Part shown: positions 47,249 to 56,382 of the stretch, piece by piece
How the letters are laid out: the number at the start of each line of letters is the position of its first letter
How positions within the stretch are numbered: position 1 is the stretch's first letter
The notes under the pieces: model-generated
Databases searched by the model: none
The model's input: the letters and a program-made list of their open reading frames with translations, nothing else
Told to the model about the DNA's origin: nothing
Source of the DNA: a virus
Taxonomy: Duplodnaviria; Caudoviricetes
Direction: 5' to 3' (one strand)
IMG/VR virus record: IMGVR_UViG_3300019926_000028
Coordinates: 1 to 56,382 of that record
Length of the DNA: 56,382 nucleotides
Made by a program: the position numbers and the translations under genes

Positions 47249-47461
47249 ATGGAAGTTAAATTCCAAGCTTCGGAAGAATCAGTCGAAGAGATGGGCTATG
47301 CCATTATTGATCGAGCCAATCGGGTTAAAAAGAATGGACATGAAGAATTGGCCTTAGAAATGCGAATGGTTGGGCGACAACATATTGATCGTTGTCGTTA
47401 TGATGATACTGAAAATGAAGAAAAAGACTTTGAAGAAAGCCTTATGGAAGATTTAAAGTAA
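47249..47461 (+). CDS. Hypothetical protein
   Basis: Leaderless after TTTTAAG. Confidence 0.55.
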   Translation: MEVKFQASEESVEEMGYAIIDRANRVKKNGHEELALEMRMVGRQHIDRCRYDDTENEEKDFEESLMEDLK

Positions 47462-47471
47462 AAAGGAAAAA

Positions 47472-47666
47472 ATGGGAAGCCCTTGCATCGATTGCTATTC
47501 ACACGATACAGAAATTGTTTGGTATGATGATGGACATTTTCGAAAGGAGTGCGCTGATTGTGGCTATATCGGTGGCCCTTACGTTTCTTCACAGGGAAGT
47601 GATGAATATGGCACAGAAGAAAAAGAAACCTCTCAAAACGTAGCTGAGAGCGTCTTTGATTATTAG
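47472..47666 (+). CDS. Zinc-ribbon protein with a PIP-like tail
   Basis: CIDC, CADC; ends AESVFDY. Confidence 0.6.
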   Translation: MGSPCIDCYSHDTEIVWYDDGHFRKECADCGYIGGPYVSSQGSDEYGTEEKETSQNVAESVFDY

Positions 47667-47701
47667 TAAAGGTTTTAAGTTTCAAAGTCTACAGAGTAAA
47701 T

Positions 47702-47893
47702 ATGGAGTGTAATAATTGCGGAAGTGAAGAGTTTACTGAAATCCACAACGAAGAGTATGGTGGTCACAAAGGATCGGACAGACGTGATGAGACAGAGAAG
47801 ACCATCTATGAGTGTGATGAATGTGGAGGGCAAGGGCGAGAATTTGTTGATGGTGTCGATGGTGGAATCACATATTCGGGTGTTCTTCGATAA
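47702..47893 (+). CDS. Small zinc-ribbon protein
   Basis: CNNCG, CDECG. Confidence 0.6.
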   Translation: MECNNCGSEEFTEIHNEEYGGHKGSDRRDETEKTIYECDECGGQGREFVDGVDGGITYSGVLR

Positions 47894-47895
47894 AG

Positions 47896-48129
47896 ATGGC
47901 AGAGTTTGATGAAAATGTACAATGCGGAAACTGTGAGTTGTGTAGAATCGATTCAACAGACTATCTTGGACGGTGTAGTAACTGTGGAGAACGAGATTGG
48001 GAGTTGATTGTAGAGGATAAATGGTTGAGTGTTCCAGAACTACAAGAAATGGCAAAGTCTACGGGGCAAGACATTGAACAGTTGAAGAAAAATAAAGAAG
48101 CATTCTTAGAAAATGACGAAAACAATTGA
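47896..48129 (+). CDS. Small zinc-ribbon protein
   Basis: CGNC, CSNC. Confidence 0.55.
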   Translation: MAEFDENVQCGNCELCRIDSTDYLGRCSNCGERDWELIVEDKWLSVPELQEMAKSTGQDIEQLKKNKEAFLENDENN

Positions 48130-48283
48130 AGCAGAAGTAACAGAAGATTCGTTAGAATATCTTCAAGAGTGGGCTGATGCTGTTGGATGTGAAGTTAAAG
48201 ATGTTGCCGGTGATTCAATTGATTCATATCTAGAATTGGAACCCGAAGAACTTTAGTAACTTGAAAACCTAACATAATACACT

Positions 48284-48532
48284 ATGGAATTGTTACAATT
48301 CAAGGCCGATTGGTGTGGACCGTGTAAACAACAGAGCCAAATTCTTGAAGAATTTGATTCAGTAGCAGTAAGGGAAATTGATATTGAGGAAGAACAAGAC
48401 TTGGCTAATCAGTATAATGTTCGTTCGTTGCCAACTCTGATTCTCCGAGATGAAGATATAGGTGTCCTTGAGAATTTCGTCGGATTGACTGAATTGGACA
48501 GGATCGAAGAAGCAGTTGAAATGTATTCGTAG
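48284..48532 (+). CDS. trxA: Thioredoxin
   Basis: ADWCGPCK, YNVRSLPTL. Confidence 0.9.
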   Translation: MELLQFKADWCGPCKQQSQILEEFDSVAVREIDIEEEQDLANQYNVRSLPTLILRDEDIGVLENFVGLTELDRIEEAVEMYS

Positions 48533-48700
48533 TATGGTGCAACAACAGAACGCATTAGCAATTATGTATATAATATATTTGTTCTCTCTTTTCACTTTTG
48601 GTTTAGCAAGTTATACAGAAGATATGCAGACGATGGTGGTGTTTGGATTTATTACTCTATTGATCCAAAATTGGCTTTTCCGGATGGAAGAAGAGTAGAG

Positions 48701-48988
48701 TTATTCGTGTTTTGCTTGACTATAATCGTATTCCGGGTATAGTTCATCCCAACAGTCTTTACAAGTAAAATTGACAAAATCGACTGTTCTTCTGATAAGA
48801 TTTCTACTCTTCCCGACAGAGAATATACCACTAAAAGATTCTTGTTCGCATTCAACACAAGTAGTTTCGTAATTTTTTTCTAGATCGTGTTGGGTTGGTT
48901 GCCAACCGTTGTTAGATACGACGAGTCCTTCAAACATTTCTTTACCATCTTCTGAAATACCATATCTCCAATGCTCCACGTTGCTCAT
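48701..48988 (-). CDS. Zinc-binding hypothetical protein
   Basis: CVEC and CKDC; TTTATATA about 25 nt upstream on the minus strand. Confidence 0.55.
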   Translation of the reverse strand: MSNVEHWRYGISEDGKEMFEGLVVSNNGWQPTQHDLEKNYETTCVECEQESFSGIFSVGKSRNLIRRTVDFVNFTCKDCWDELYPEYDYSQAKHE

Positions 48989-49234
48989 ACTTTTTGTTTC
49001 ACTTCTCGCTATATAAATCCACGGTAGGAGGAAGATTTATACAGTTCAAGATATAACATCGGGTATGGTACGAGAAGATGTTGAAGCGTTATTCCACGCC
49101 CACGAATTGATTGCAAGAGAAATTGAACAAGCTGAATCCTTTGCTCATGCTGATAATGAAGACTTGCATGGACACATTAATGGCCTTCGGGAAGCGAACA
49201 ACCGGGTCGAAGAACTAATTTACGAGAGGTTGGA

Positions 49235-49516
49235 ATGAAAGGAACACACGCTTATATAGGAGTGAAATTGCAAGAAGCCCAACAACAGTTGCAAGACGGG
49301 GAATATATCAAAGCATATCAGACGATATTAGATATAGAAGAAGAATGGAATCAAAGGAACGAGGAAATAATTGATGTTGATGTAAGTAGTCATTTTGATT
49401 CCGAAAAAATCGAATCAATCAAAGAAGATGTGAAGAATCCAGATAATGTGAATCCATCAAACGCTGAACCAATTGAGAAAGCACGGTTGATTGTGGGGTA
49501 TATTGATGATCGGTGA
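49235..49516 (+). CDS. Hypothetical protein
   Basis: GAGG SD; acidic. Confidence 0.55.
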   Translation: MKGTHAYIGVKLQEAQQQLQDGEYIKAYQTILDIEEEWNQRNEEIIDVDVSSHFDSEKIESIKEDVKNPDNVNPSNAEPIEKARLIVGYIDDR

Positions 49517-49859
49517 TATTGATATAGACGAATCAATCACAGATCGGTTTGAAGAGCAGGGCATTTTAGAAGAAAAGATGCAAGAAGCGATGCAGAGAAT
49601 TGCTATAGAGCGGGAGAAACTGCTTGCTTTGGCGCTTCGGGATGGATACGATGGAGTAGACATACACATGGACACGTCGATTGTGACGGACTATAGAGAC
49701 TACTCTATGGGGTTTGAGTACGAAGCATGGGAAGGCGAAGCACCGACAATAAATAGATGGGAAGCTAATGTTCAAAGGTACGATTTCCGTGTTTTAGACA
49801 AGCGAGAGAAACAGCAGTTGCTAGCAAGGATTGGGGTTTCCGAGAGAAAGAAAGAATGA
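49491..49859 (+). CDS. Hypothetical protein
   Basis: Acidic ORF; start probably a few codons later. Confidence 0.55.
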   Translation: MWGILMIGDIDIDESITDRFEEQGILEEKMQEAMQRIAIEREKLLALALRDGYDGVDIHMDTSIVTDYRDYSMGFEYEAWEGEAPTINRWEANVQRYDFRVLDKREKQQLLARIGVSERKKE

Positions 49860-50263
49860 TTGGATTTTTGAAATGTTGGCTGTATGGTCATTCTGAAACA
49901 GAAGAAGAGAAATTTGGTGAGTGTATAAATCAAAAATGCTCCCGGTGTGGTCGTGTGCTTTCACGAGAATATACCTATAAAGGCCGGGCTGAAAATTTTC
50001 TTGAATCAACACACCGATTGGGTATTTATAAACCAGTCGAATTTATTACTGATAATGATGGTCGAAAACTAGAACCGGGAGACACTATAAAGTACAAAGA
50101 GTTTGATACGACTTTTCCGGGCCTTCATTTAGGAAGAACGGGTACTGTTGAATTTTTATTTGAGGATAGAGAAGGGAATTGTTTCGTAAAGATCCGAACA
50201 AAAAGAACATTGTTGAGGGAGCGGCGTATTATGGGAATACGGAAAGGTTTTGAAAATGACTGA
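49856..50263 (+). CDS. Hypothetical protein with an N-terminal C..GH..CxxC motif
   Basis: LKCWLYGH...CSRCG. Confidence 0.55.
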   Translation: MIGFLKCWLYGHSETEEEKFGECINQKCSRCGRVLSREYTYKGRAENFLESTHRLGIYKPVEFITDNDGRKLEPGDTIKYKEFDTTFPGLHLGRTGTVEFLFEDREGNCFVKIRTKRTLLRERRIMGIRKGFEND

Positions 50264-50594
50264 GAAAGACCTACCAACGGAGTACAACGAGTTTGTACGG
50301 TTTATCGAACAAAACCATACATCAGTAGTTGCTCAGGTTCTCTCCGAAGAGTATAATCCCAAATTGGATGCTAAGAAAGCACGAGAGCGGTGTGAGATGG
50401 CTATGAGAATAAATGTATATAGAGGAAGTAATCTATTGACAAAGACTACGGCAACAGCAAAAGAGATACAGAGAGGTTATACAACAATCGAGTGCCCATC
50501 GTGTAAAGGAACAGGAGTGTTTGAGATCACGGATACAGACAGTCAAGATTGTGTTGAGTGTTCCACGAAGGGCGAATTGACTGTTAGTATTTGA
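50250..50594 (+). CDS. Protein with a DnaJ-like CxxCxGxG zinc finger
   Basis: CPSCKGTG and CVECSTKG. Confidence 0.6.
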   Translation: MKMTEKDLPTEYNEFVRFIEQNHTSVVAQVLSEEYNPKLDAKKARERCEMAMRINVYRGSNLLTKTTATAKEIQRGYTTIECPSCKGTGVFEITDTDSQDCVECSTKGELTVSI

Positions 50595-51001
50595 GGGGGA
50601 ATACTGTTGAGAGTATATTTTTCGGGAATTTCCATTCTGATTTTGACTCATACTGCCAAAGGTTTTTATTGGAAGGGGTTTTTATTAGATTATGGGAGAG
50701 CATAAAGTGCTTCGGTGTGAGGATTGTAAAGAATATGCTAACGTAGGCAAGATTTGACCAGAGATTGATAAAGGGCATTTACCCGGAGATCGAGAACTAA
50801 CCATTTCATTCTTATATGAACACAAAGGATGTAGTGTTAGATTGGTTGGAGAGTATAGTGGGACACAGCAGATGTGGATGGACACGAATAAAAAGAATGG
50901 AAGGGAGGAATATAAGAAAGACAATTGAAAACTCGGGAAATACCATTGTCATAATTTTCGTTGGGTTTTTAAGTTGGAAGGTTTAATGAGGAAATGGAAA
51001 T

Positions 51002-51379
51002 ATGGTTAATAAATCACACCCTTGTATTAGAGATTTACCGACGTATGATGAAATGGCTGAAATTGTAGAGGCAGAGGATGTTTATGAAACTATTGAAGAA
51101 GATATCGGTGTAAATATCGATGGTGAATTTATTACCGATTCGTGGATACGAGGCAGAAAGGACAAACAAGCACGAATGATGTTTCTATTTGGAGCAGCAT
51201 TCACGCTTATGTCTGAGATAGTTGAAGAGCAAAATCCAGATAAAAGAGGACACTACGAAGAAGATAATTACTTTACAGACTTCCACGATCTATATAATCA
51301 TGTCCAAGTTGAGATTGACAAACAAGTAACTCCCAATAGCGAAGGGCAAGAGTATTTTGATGAAGAACACGGATGGTAG
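51002..51379 (+). CDS. Hypothetical acidic protein
   Basis: Leaderless after TTTTTAAG. Confidence 0.6.
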   Translation: MVNKSHPCIRDLPTYDEMAEIVEAEDVYETIEEDIGVNIDGEFITDSWIRGRKDKQARMMFLFGAAFTLMSEIVEEQNPDKRGHYEEDNYFTDFHDLYNHVQVEIDKQVTPNSEGQEYFDEEHGW

Positions 51380-54300
51380 TAGAAATCCGGAAATACCTTT
51401 GTCAGTAGTGTATGTATAAAAATATACGTCGGGTATAGTAATATATATCCGTCATGTTTTTGCTCGAACATGAATCTATCATGATTAATCATTACATTTA
51501 TCAGATCGAGATGATTTCAAGCTTGAGATTTAAACAATTAAAGCAAAAAGAATTTCTAACTTACAAATGTTTAGCTTTCTCTCTTATTCTAATACAATTG
51601 TTTTCTTTTCTAACTCTTAGCTTTAGATCCTTCAGTTAATAACTCATATGCTAATACAAATAGACTTGTTAGTTACACAAATAGAATTTATGGAAATATC
51701 TTAGCTCCTAGCTTTCGATCCTCTTGATTAGGCATATTTGTTAACCCATTAGGTCTTATCTCTTACAATACTAACTAAAAGCTACGAATATTCTTTTCCT
51801 GTTAAAATAATAGCTTCATATTCTTAACACCCCCCGACCACTTTAGATATACGGATAAAACCCTTTATTTGTGTGCCTACATTACGGATATATCACTTAT
51901 ATACCTATATAAAAGGTGCTTGTATGCCTATATCTCGATCCAAAAGCTAGGGGTTTAGATTAAAATGAAGGGCTTTAGATTATGAATTAATATATTTCCG
52001 AAAAATCCCCCTTTGAAACCCCTAAATTAGTTTTCAATCCCCGAGCCTTACGGGGGTTTTGATTTTAATAACAGTATAGCTATATGTTGGATCGCCAGCT
52101 AAACAGCTATCGCTTATAAACCGTAAGAGGTTTTGGTTACATTTTTCGGAAAAATGTTCATATATAGGGGAAATTAGTTTTCCATGTAACCATATCCGGT
52201 TAACATATTTGGGTGTTTACAAGTATGTGGTATTTTAACACATTTAAGGAATTTAAGCTTAAATATGAATATACTAGGGGATTAGGGCTTTCACGTCGCT
52301 AATATAAAAAATATACCGGGATTTTAATATATCCCCCTAAATTCCCCCAATATTAACACATACATATACCTTAAACACCAATAAAATACTGTTAGATCTA
52401 ACACCAAATAGGACCCTAGTAGTTCCTTATACTCATACCCATAAACATAGGATACAAGGCTTCTATTAACTGATTATAATGAGTATAAGGGTTATTGGTA
52501 AGTTTATAAAGATTAATATGATATACACTAATCTTATACGCTATACTAACACGTTTATGTTATTGGATACTGTTTATATTGTATGTATGTATCCTCTTTT
52601 CCGTAATATGTAATAATATGTCTTTAGTGTGATTATATTCTATTGAACTATTGGCTTTAGCTTCTAGTATCCTTATATCGATTATAACCTTATTGACTAT
52701 ACTACTAGTTCCTTGTATATTGTAGTGTAAATATAATGAACTTAATACTAACTAGTATATGCTACATTAGTCATTAAGGAATAATATGTAATTTTAATAT
52801 AGCTTGGCATTTCTCCCATTTGAGATATATAATGGTTTTACATGGATTAATTACAAGCTATTTAGCCAGAAATAACGCTAAAATGCTAATTCATTTTACA
52901 AGTTTAAAACCCCCATAGGGGAATACAATTCAAAATTAAACTATCATTCTGAAAGGATGGCATACCGTGGATCGGTGTATTTGCTGTCTAGAGTGTAGGG
53001 GTTAACGGTGTTTTTCGGTGTTTCAAAATCGCATGAAAGCGCCTTTGTTAATGGTTTGTAATGTATACGGTATATCAATTTCTAATAATCGGAAATAGTA
53101 TATTAACTTAAATAGCTCTTTTCATATGTTTATACAGTTCATGATATAAATTGAACTTAAATTGAATACAAGTCTATTTTACTACAAGTCTACTTTACTG
53201 TAGTACAATTAAAATTGTATTTGTCGATCTAGCTAGGAAACAAGTTTAGTTTTATTGAATACAAGTCTATTTAATACTACAGGATAGAAAACTTACTTGT
53301 ATTTAGTACAATTGAACTTGAATGTCTCAAAACGACCATATATGCCCCTACAAGGCGTTTATTTTTCTTGTGTGATTCATACCACTAAATCCGGTAATGG
53401 ATACATCAGAAAGGCGCATAACCGCCTTATTTTGGACATAAGCACTAATCCCGATTAACGCGCATGGACATGAGATAAAATCGGTATGTGCGCATGGATA
53501 ATTACGCAAATATAGCCAGAAAATAACCCTATTTTCTATTAAATCGGTAAGTGATTCTAATAACAATTATTAAAATCGTCCCTATATAGAAGTTGAGTTA
53601 ATAAAAAATATCGCTAAAATCCGGTGTTTTTGGCCGTCCAAAAAGAAAACAAACATACAAAGAATAGTCTAATACTGTTTGTACTAGCTAGGAAATAGCC
53701 AAAGAAGTTTAGGAAATAACGATATCGCTAGCACGCATGGACAAATGCCTTTAGTTATCATTTTGATTAACTAAATCGCAATACGGCGATGCATAGATAA
53801 TTTATCTGATATGGGTATAATTTCATGCTTTTAGCCTTGAATCCTAGTCAAATAGATTATACTTTAATTTCTAATATCTCCTAAACAGTAAGTAAAGAGT
53901 CTAAAACGTCGGTTTGTAATCTATCAATTCCCAACGATTAGATTTAAGTGTAATTCGCTCGCGTATGTGGGTATGAATCAAAATCAGACTTGGTAAGACC
54001 TAATCGATTAGGCCCTATTGTAAAATCCCCATTCCCCATGGAAACACCCATGGGGGCTTATGAAATGGAACCTATCGGTTATGGGGGCAAAATCTACCAG
54101 TAACCCACTAAGAGACTTAGAAAAGGCCCTAATAGGGCTTAGGTCCGGAGATTCCATAACGCTGTTTTGTAGGGTATTGAGACTTGTAGCGGGCATACGA
54201 TCCAAATAACCGCTTATTCATATGCGGTAAATTTCGGGAGCCTATGATCCAAGAGTAACCTAGTGGCATACGCATATGGAAAAATGCGTATTGCGTAAGG

Positions 54301-54900
54301 TGATGGCATTGTAACACGACTAAACGGCCTTGAAACGCCCGTATACGTCAGTCTGGGTAATAAGACGGTATCCGCTTATGGATACGTCAGTCTGCTTAAT
54401 AAGACGGTATACGGACGGATTAGGGGCTTAGTAGGGAAGTAACAGGTAATTTCCTTCATATGTGAAGTGAGTAAGTCACTGATCATAGGGACGGAAAACC
54501 CACATACCGTATGTGGGTTATGGAAATTGTAGCTCTACCCATGAACAAGGGACGGAAAACCGGATCGACATATCCGGCGAAAAGAGTGATAGAATGAAGT
54601 TAGGGGAAAACACCCTAAACTACAGTAAAACCGTGTTTAAGCGTTTTAGGCATGGTTTGAATAGTTCTAAAGCCCTTGTAAGAGTAATTTCAATCCCGGT
54701 AAAGTTGTGGTAAAAACCACAAATACGGGCATAAAAGGTAAAAAATTGAAAGCTTAGTTACAAACCGTTTAGAAAAGTGGAAAACCGCCGGATTATGGTA
54801 TTGAAACTTAAAAGACCACTTGAAAACACAACTACAATTACCTATGTGAGACTTACAAAATACAAACATATGCATGGTTAAAATGGATAAACGTATTAAA
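51380..54900. other. Long AT-rich non-coding region with direct repeats and palindromes
   Basis: No credible ORF. 19-bp repeat at 53161/53254, 29-bp repeat at 54343/54382, 14-bp repeat at 54487/54548, palindromes at 54034-54056 and 54497-54519. Confidence 0.7.
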
Positions 54901-54912
54901 TTACGTTTTACC

Positions 54913-55221
54913 TTTCCCAAAAGTGAAAATTTTGGGTGAAATAGTGAACATATGAGTTTTACAGCTAAACCGATCCAAAAAGACGTTAAGAATAGTGATA
55001 AACCTAATTTCAGTATTGATGATATGGTGAAAACACCTTACGGTGTTGGTGTTGTTGCTGAAGTGAGGAATAACGATGTTTTGATACAATTAGGAATAGC
55101 TGAAGTGACAGCTTTGGAAAAGTCCAAAGTTGAAAAAATCAATGGGGATTAGGGCAAATAATCCCGCATGAGTTAGGCATACGGGGGTTAATTTTCCCAA
55201 AAGTGAAAATTTTGGGTGAAA
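54913..55221 (+). repeat. Two identical 29-bp gene-leader elements
   Basis: TTTCCCAAAAGTGAAAATTTTGGGTGAAA at 54913-54941 and 55193-55221, each 10 nt before an ATG. Confidence 0.85.
54952..55152 (+). CDS. Small SH3/KOW-like beta protein
   Basis: FSIDDMVKTPYGVGVVAEV pattern. Confidence 0.55.
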   Translation: MSFTAKPIQKDVKNSDKPNFSIDDMVKTPYGVGVVAEVRNNDVLIQLGIAEVTALEKSKVEKINGD

Positions 55222-55231
55222 AACTAGACAC

Positions 55232-55456
55232 ATGTACATGTCATTCATGAAGCAAACAAAAATTGAAGATTGTACTGTTAAACTAAAAAGAATCAATTAC
55301 CCAAATAAACCGGAAAAAGAGCCAAAATTTTGGGTAAGTGTTGTGGGAAACGATCCAATAACTCAAAAACGGAAAAAAATATGGTCTTTGTCGGGAGAAA
55401 ACAAAGGGGAATTGTGGGAAAAAGCTAAGAAATATGCGGAAAAATACGCATATTGA
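55232..55456 (+). CDS. Small basic protein
   Basis: Lys-rich; preceded by the leader element. Confidence 0.55.
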   Translation: MYMSFMKQTKIEDCTVKLKRINYPNKPEKEPKFWVSVVGNDPITQKRKKIWSLSGENKGELWEKAKKYAEKYAY

Positions 55457-55506
55457 ATAAATAACGGATAATTTTTGAGGGATATGAAAATATCCCGGTG
55501 TAAATT

Positions 55507-55872
55507 ATGACAAACATGAACCTAGGAGCTAGAAGTAATGATCCGAAAAGTTACGACAAAAACCAAATGCTTGATGATGTTATTCTTAAAAAATTGGATA
55601 ATTCAAGCATTCAAAATATGATTCTTAATGACTTGTCAAATGCTTTCAATTGGATTGATCAAAGGGGAAATACCGGCGATAATATCCCAAATGAAGCATT
55701 AGACAATTTCCATCATGCGATTTTGAACAAAAAAGAACATTTAGCTGTCAAATATGCGGTTGAAGTGTTGGAAACCCAAAAACACCCTACAGCTAGCGAT
55801 ATTGTAGATTCCCCTTGTAAACAAGCTATTTACAATATTTGCGGAAAAAGAGCCTACAATTACGAGATTTAA
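55507..55872 (+). CDS. Hypothetical protein
   Basis: Hairpin plus GGTG SD upstream. Confidence 0.6.
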   Translation: MTNMNLGARSNDPKSYDKNQMLDDVILKKLDNSSIQNMILNDLSNAFNWIDQRGNTGDNIPNEALDNFHHAILNKKEHLAVKYAVEVLETQKHPTASDIVDSPCKQAIYNICGKRAYNYEI

Positions 55873-55926
55873 ATCTATTTGATTATTTTTGTGGGAATAG
55901 GAATATTCCCCGGAGAAATTAGAAAA

Positions 55927-56232
55927 ATGGCAACTTTAGAAATACAAGGTGAGAGTATAGAAATGGAAACAAATGGATACTCTACTAAGGATTATTACGC
56001 ATCTATTTCATTTGATACCGAAGAATCAAAAGATACCGAATTTTGTAAAACTACAGATATTCCCCTTAAAGGTGATTCAAGGCGAGATATGACATTTGAA
56101 GAAATTGAAAAGCAAATAAACGAATATTTTGAAGAAAACTACCCAGATTTAGAAATTGTCGAATTTAAACGGATTAATATTGAAGAAAGGGAAAGAATCA
56201 AACAAAGGCCTTTCGACAATTACGAATTTTAA
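55927..56232 (+). CDS. Hypothetical acidic protein
   Basis: ATG at 55927 after a hairpin plus GGAG. Confidence 0.6.
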   Translation: MATLEIQGESIEMETNGYSTKDYYASISFDTEESKDTEFCKTTDIPLKGDSRRDMTFEEIEKQINEYFEENYPDLEIVEFKRINIEERERIKQRPFDNYEF

Positions 56233-56281
56233 AAATAATCTGTTTACTTTTGGATTAGTTAAACCTAATCCGGTGTTAAAA

Positions 56282-56382
56282 ATGGAATTTTACAAACAAT
56301 CATGTATCCATTGTGGAAAAGAGACAAAACACGGTCGTTTTAGTGATCAAAAACCAGTTTATATTTGCGATGAATGTTATAG
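56282..56382 (+). CDS. Zinc-finger protein (partial)
   Basis: MEFYKQSCIHCGK...YICDECY, runs off the window edge. Confidence 0.5.
   Translation, partial: MEFYKQSCIHCGKETKHGRFSDQKPVYICDECY

Noticed and set aside
7923-50924. Numerous minus-strand and alternative-frame ORFs overlapping plus-strand genes
   Set aside because: They are shadow ORFs (Ser/Phe/Ile-rich antisense of acidic genes) without motifs; only 48701-48988 is kept.
54343-54410. Second CRISPR array
   Set aside because: Only two 29-bp units separated by 10 bp, with no similarity to the repeat at 4924-5323.
53348-55296. Short ORFs in and beside the non-coding region (e.g. 53348-53566, 54008-54205, 54513-54713)
   Set aside because: No motifs, atypical composition and no coupling to neighbours.

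Overview
This 56 kb window is part of a low-GC, densely coded genome that I infer to be a tailed haloarchaeal virus. The evidence is very acidic proteins, haloarchaeal BRE/TATA promoters ahead of leaderless ORFs, a terminase-small-like gene at the left edge and a complete archaeal-type replisome. The left arm (1-6935) is on the minus strand. It holds HNH endonucleases, a metallophosphoesterase and, most notably, an intact TnpB/Cas12f-like RuvC nuclease followed by about 415 bp of highly structured DNA and a 7-repeat CRISPR array. The repeat is almost the haloarchaeal type I-B repeat, so this is a candidate virus-borne minimal type V system. A CTAG-dense divergent region separates the left arm from a plus-strand arm. 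That arm encodes RadA, a Sak4-like ATPase, PCNA, primase, PolB, both RFC subunits, Hjc, a Cas4-like nuclease, an XPD/DinG helicase, nucleotide-metabolism enzymes, tRNA-Leu(TAA), four DNA methyltransferases and a captured prkA-prkA-yeaH-spoVR operon. One methyltransferase is frameshifted in a (GA)n tract. About ten proteins, including the TnpB/Cas12f, end in a PCNA-interacting (PIP)-like tail. A repeat- and palindrome-rich non-coding region of about 3.5 kb and a hairpin-preceded gene cluster end the window. All product calls come from reading motifs by eye; no database search was run.
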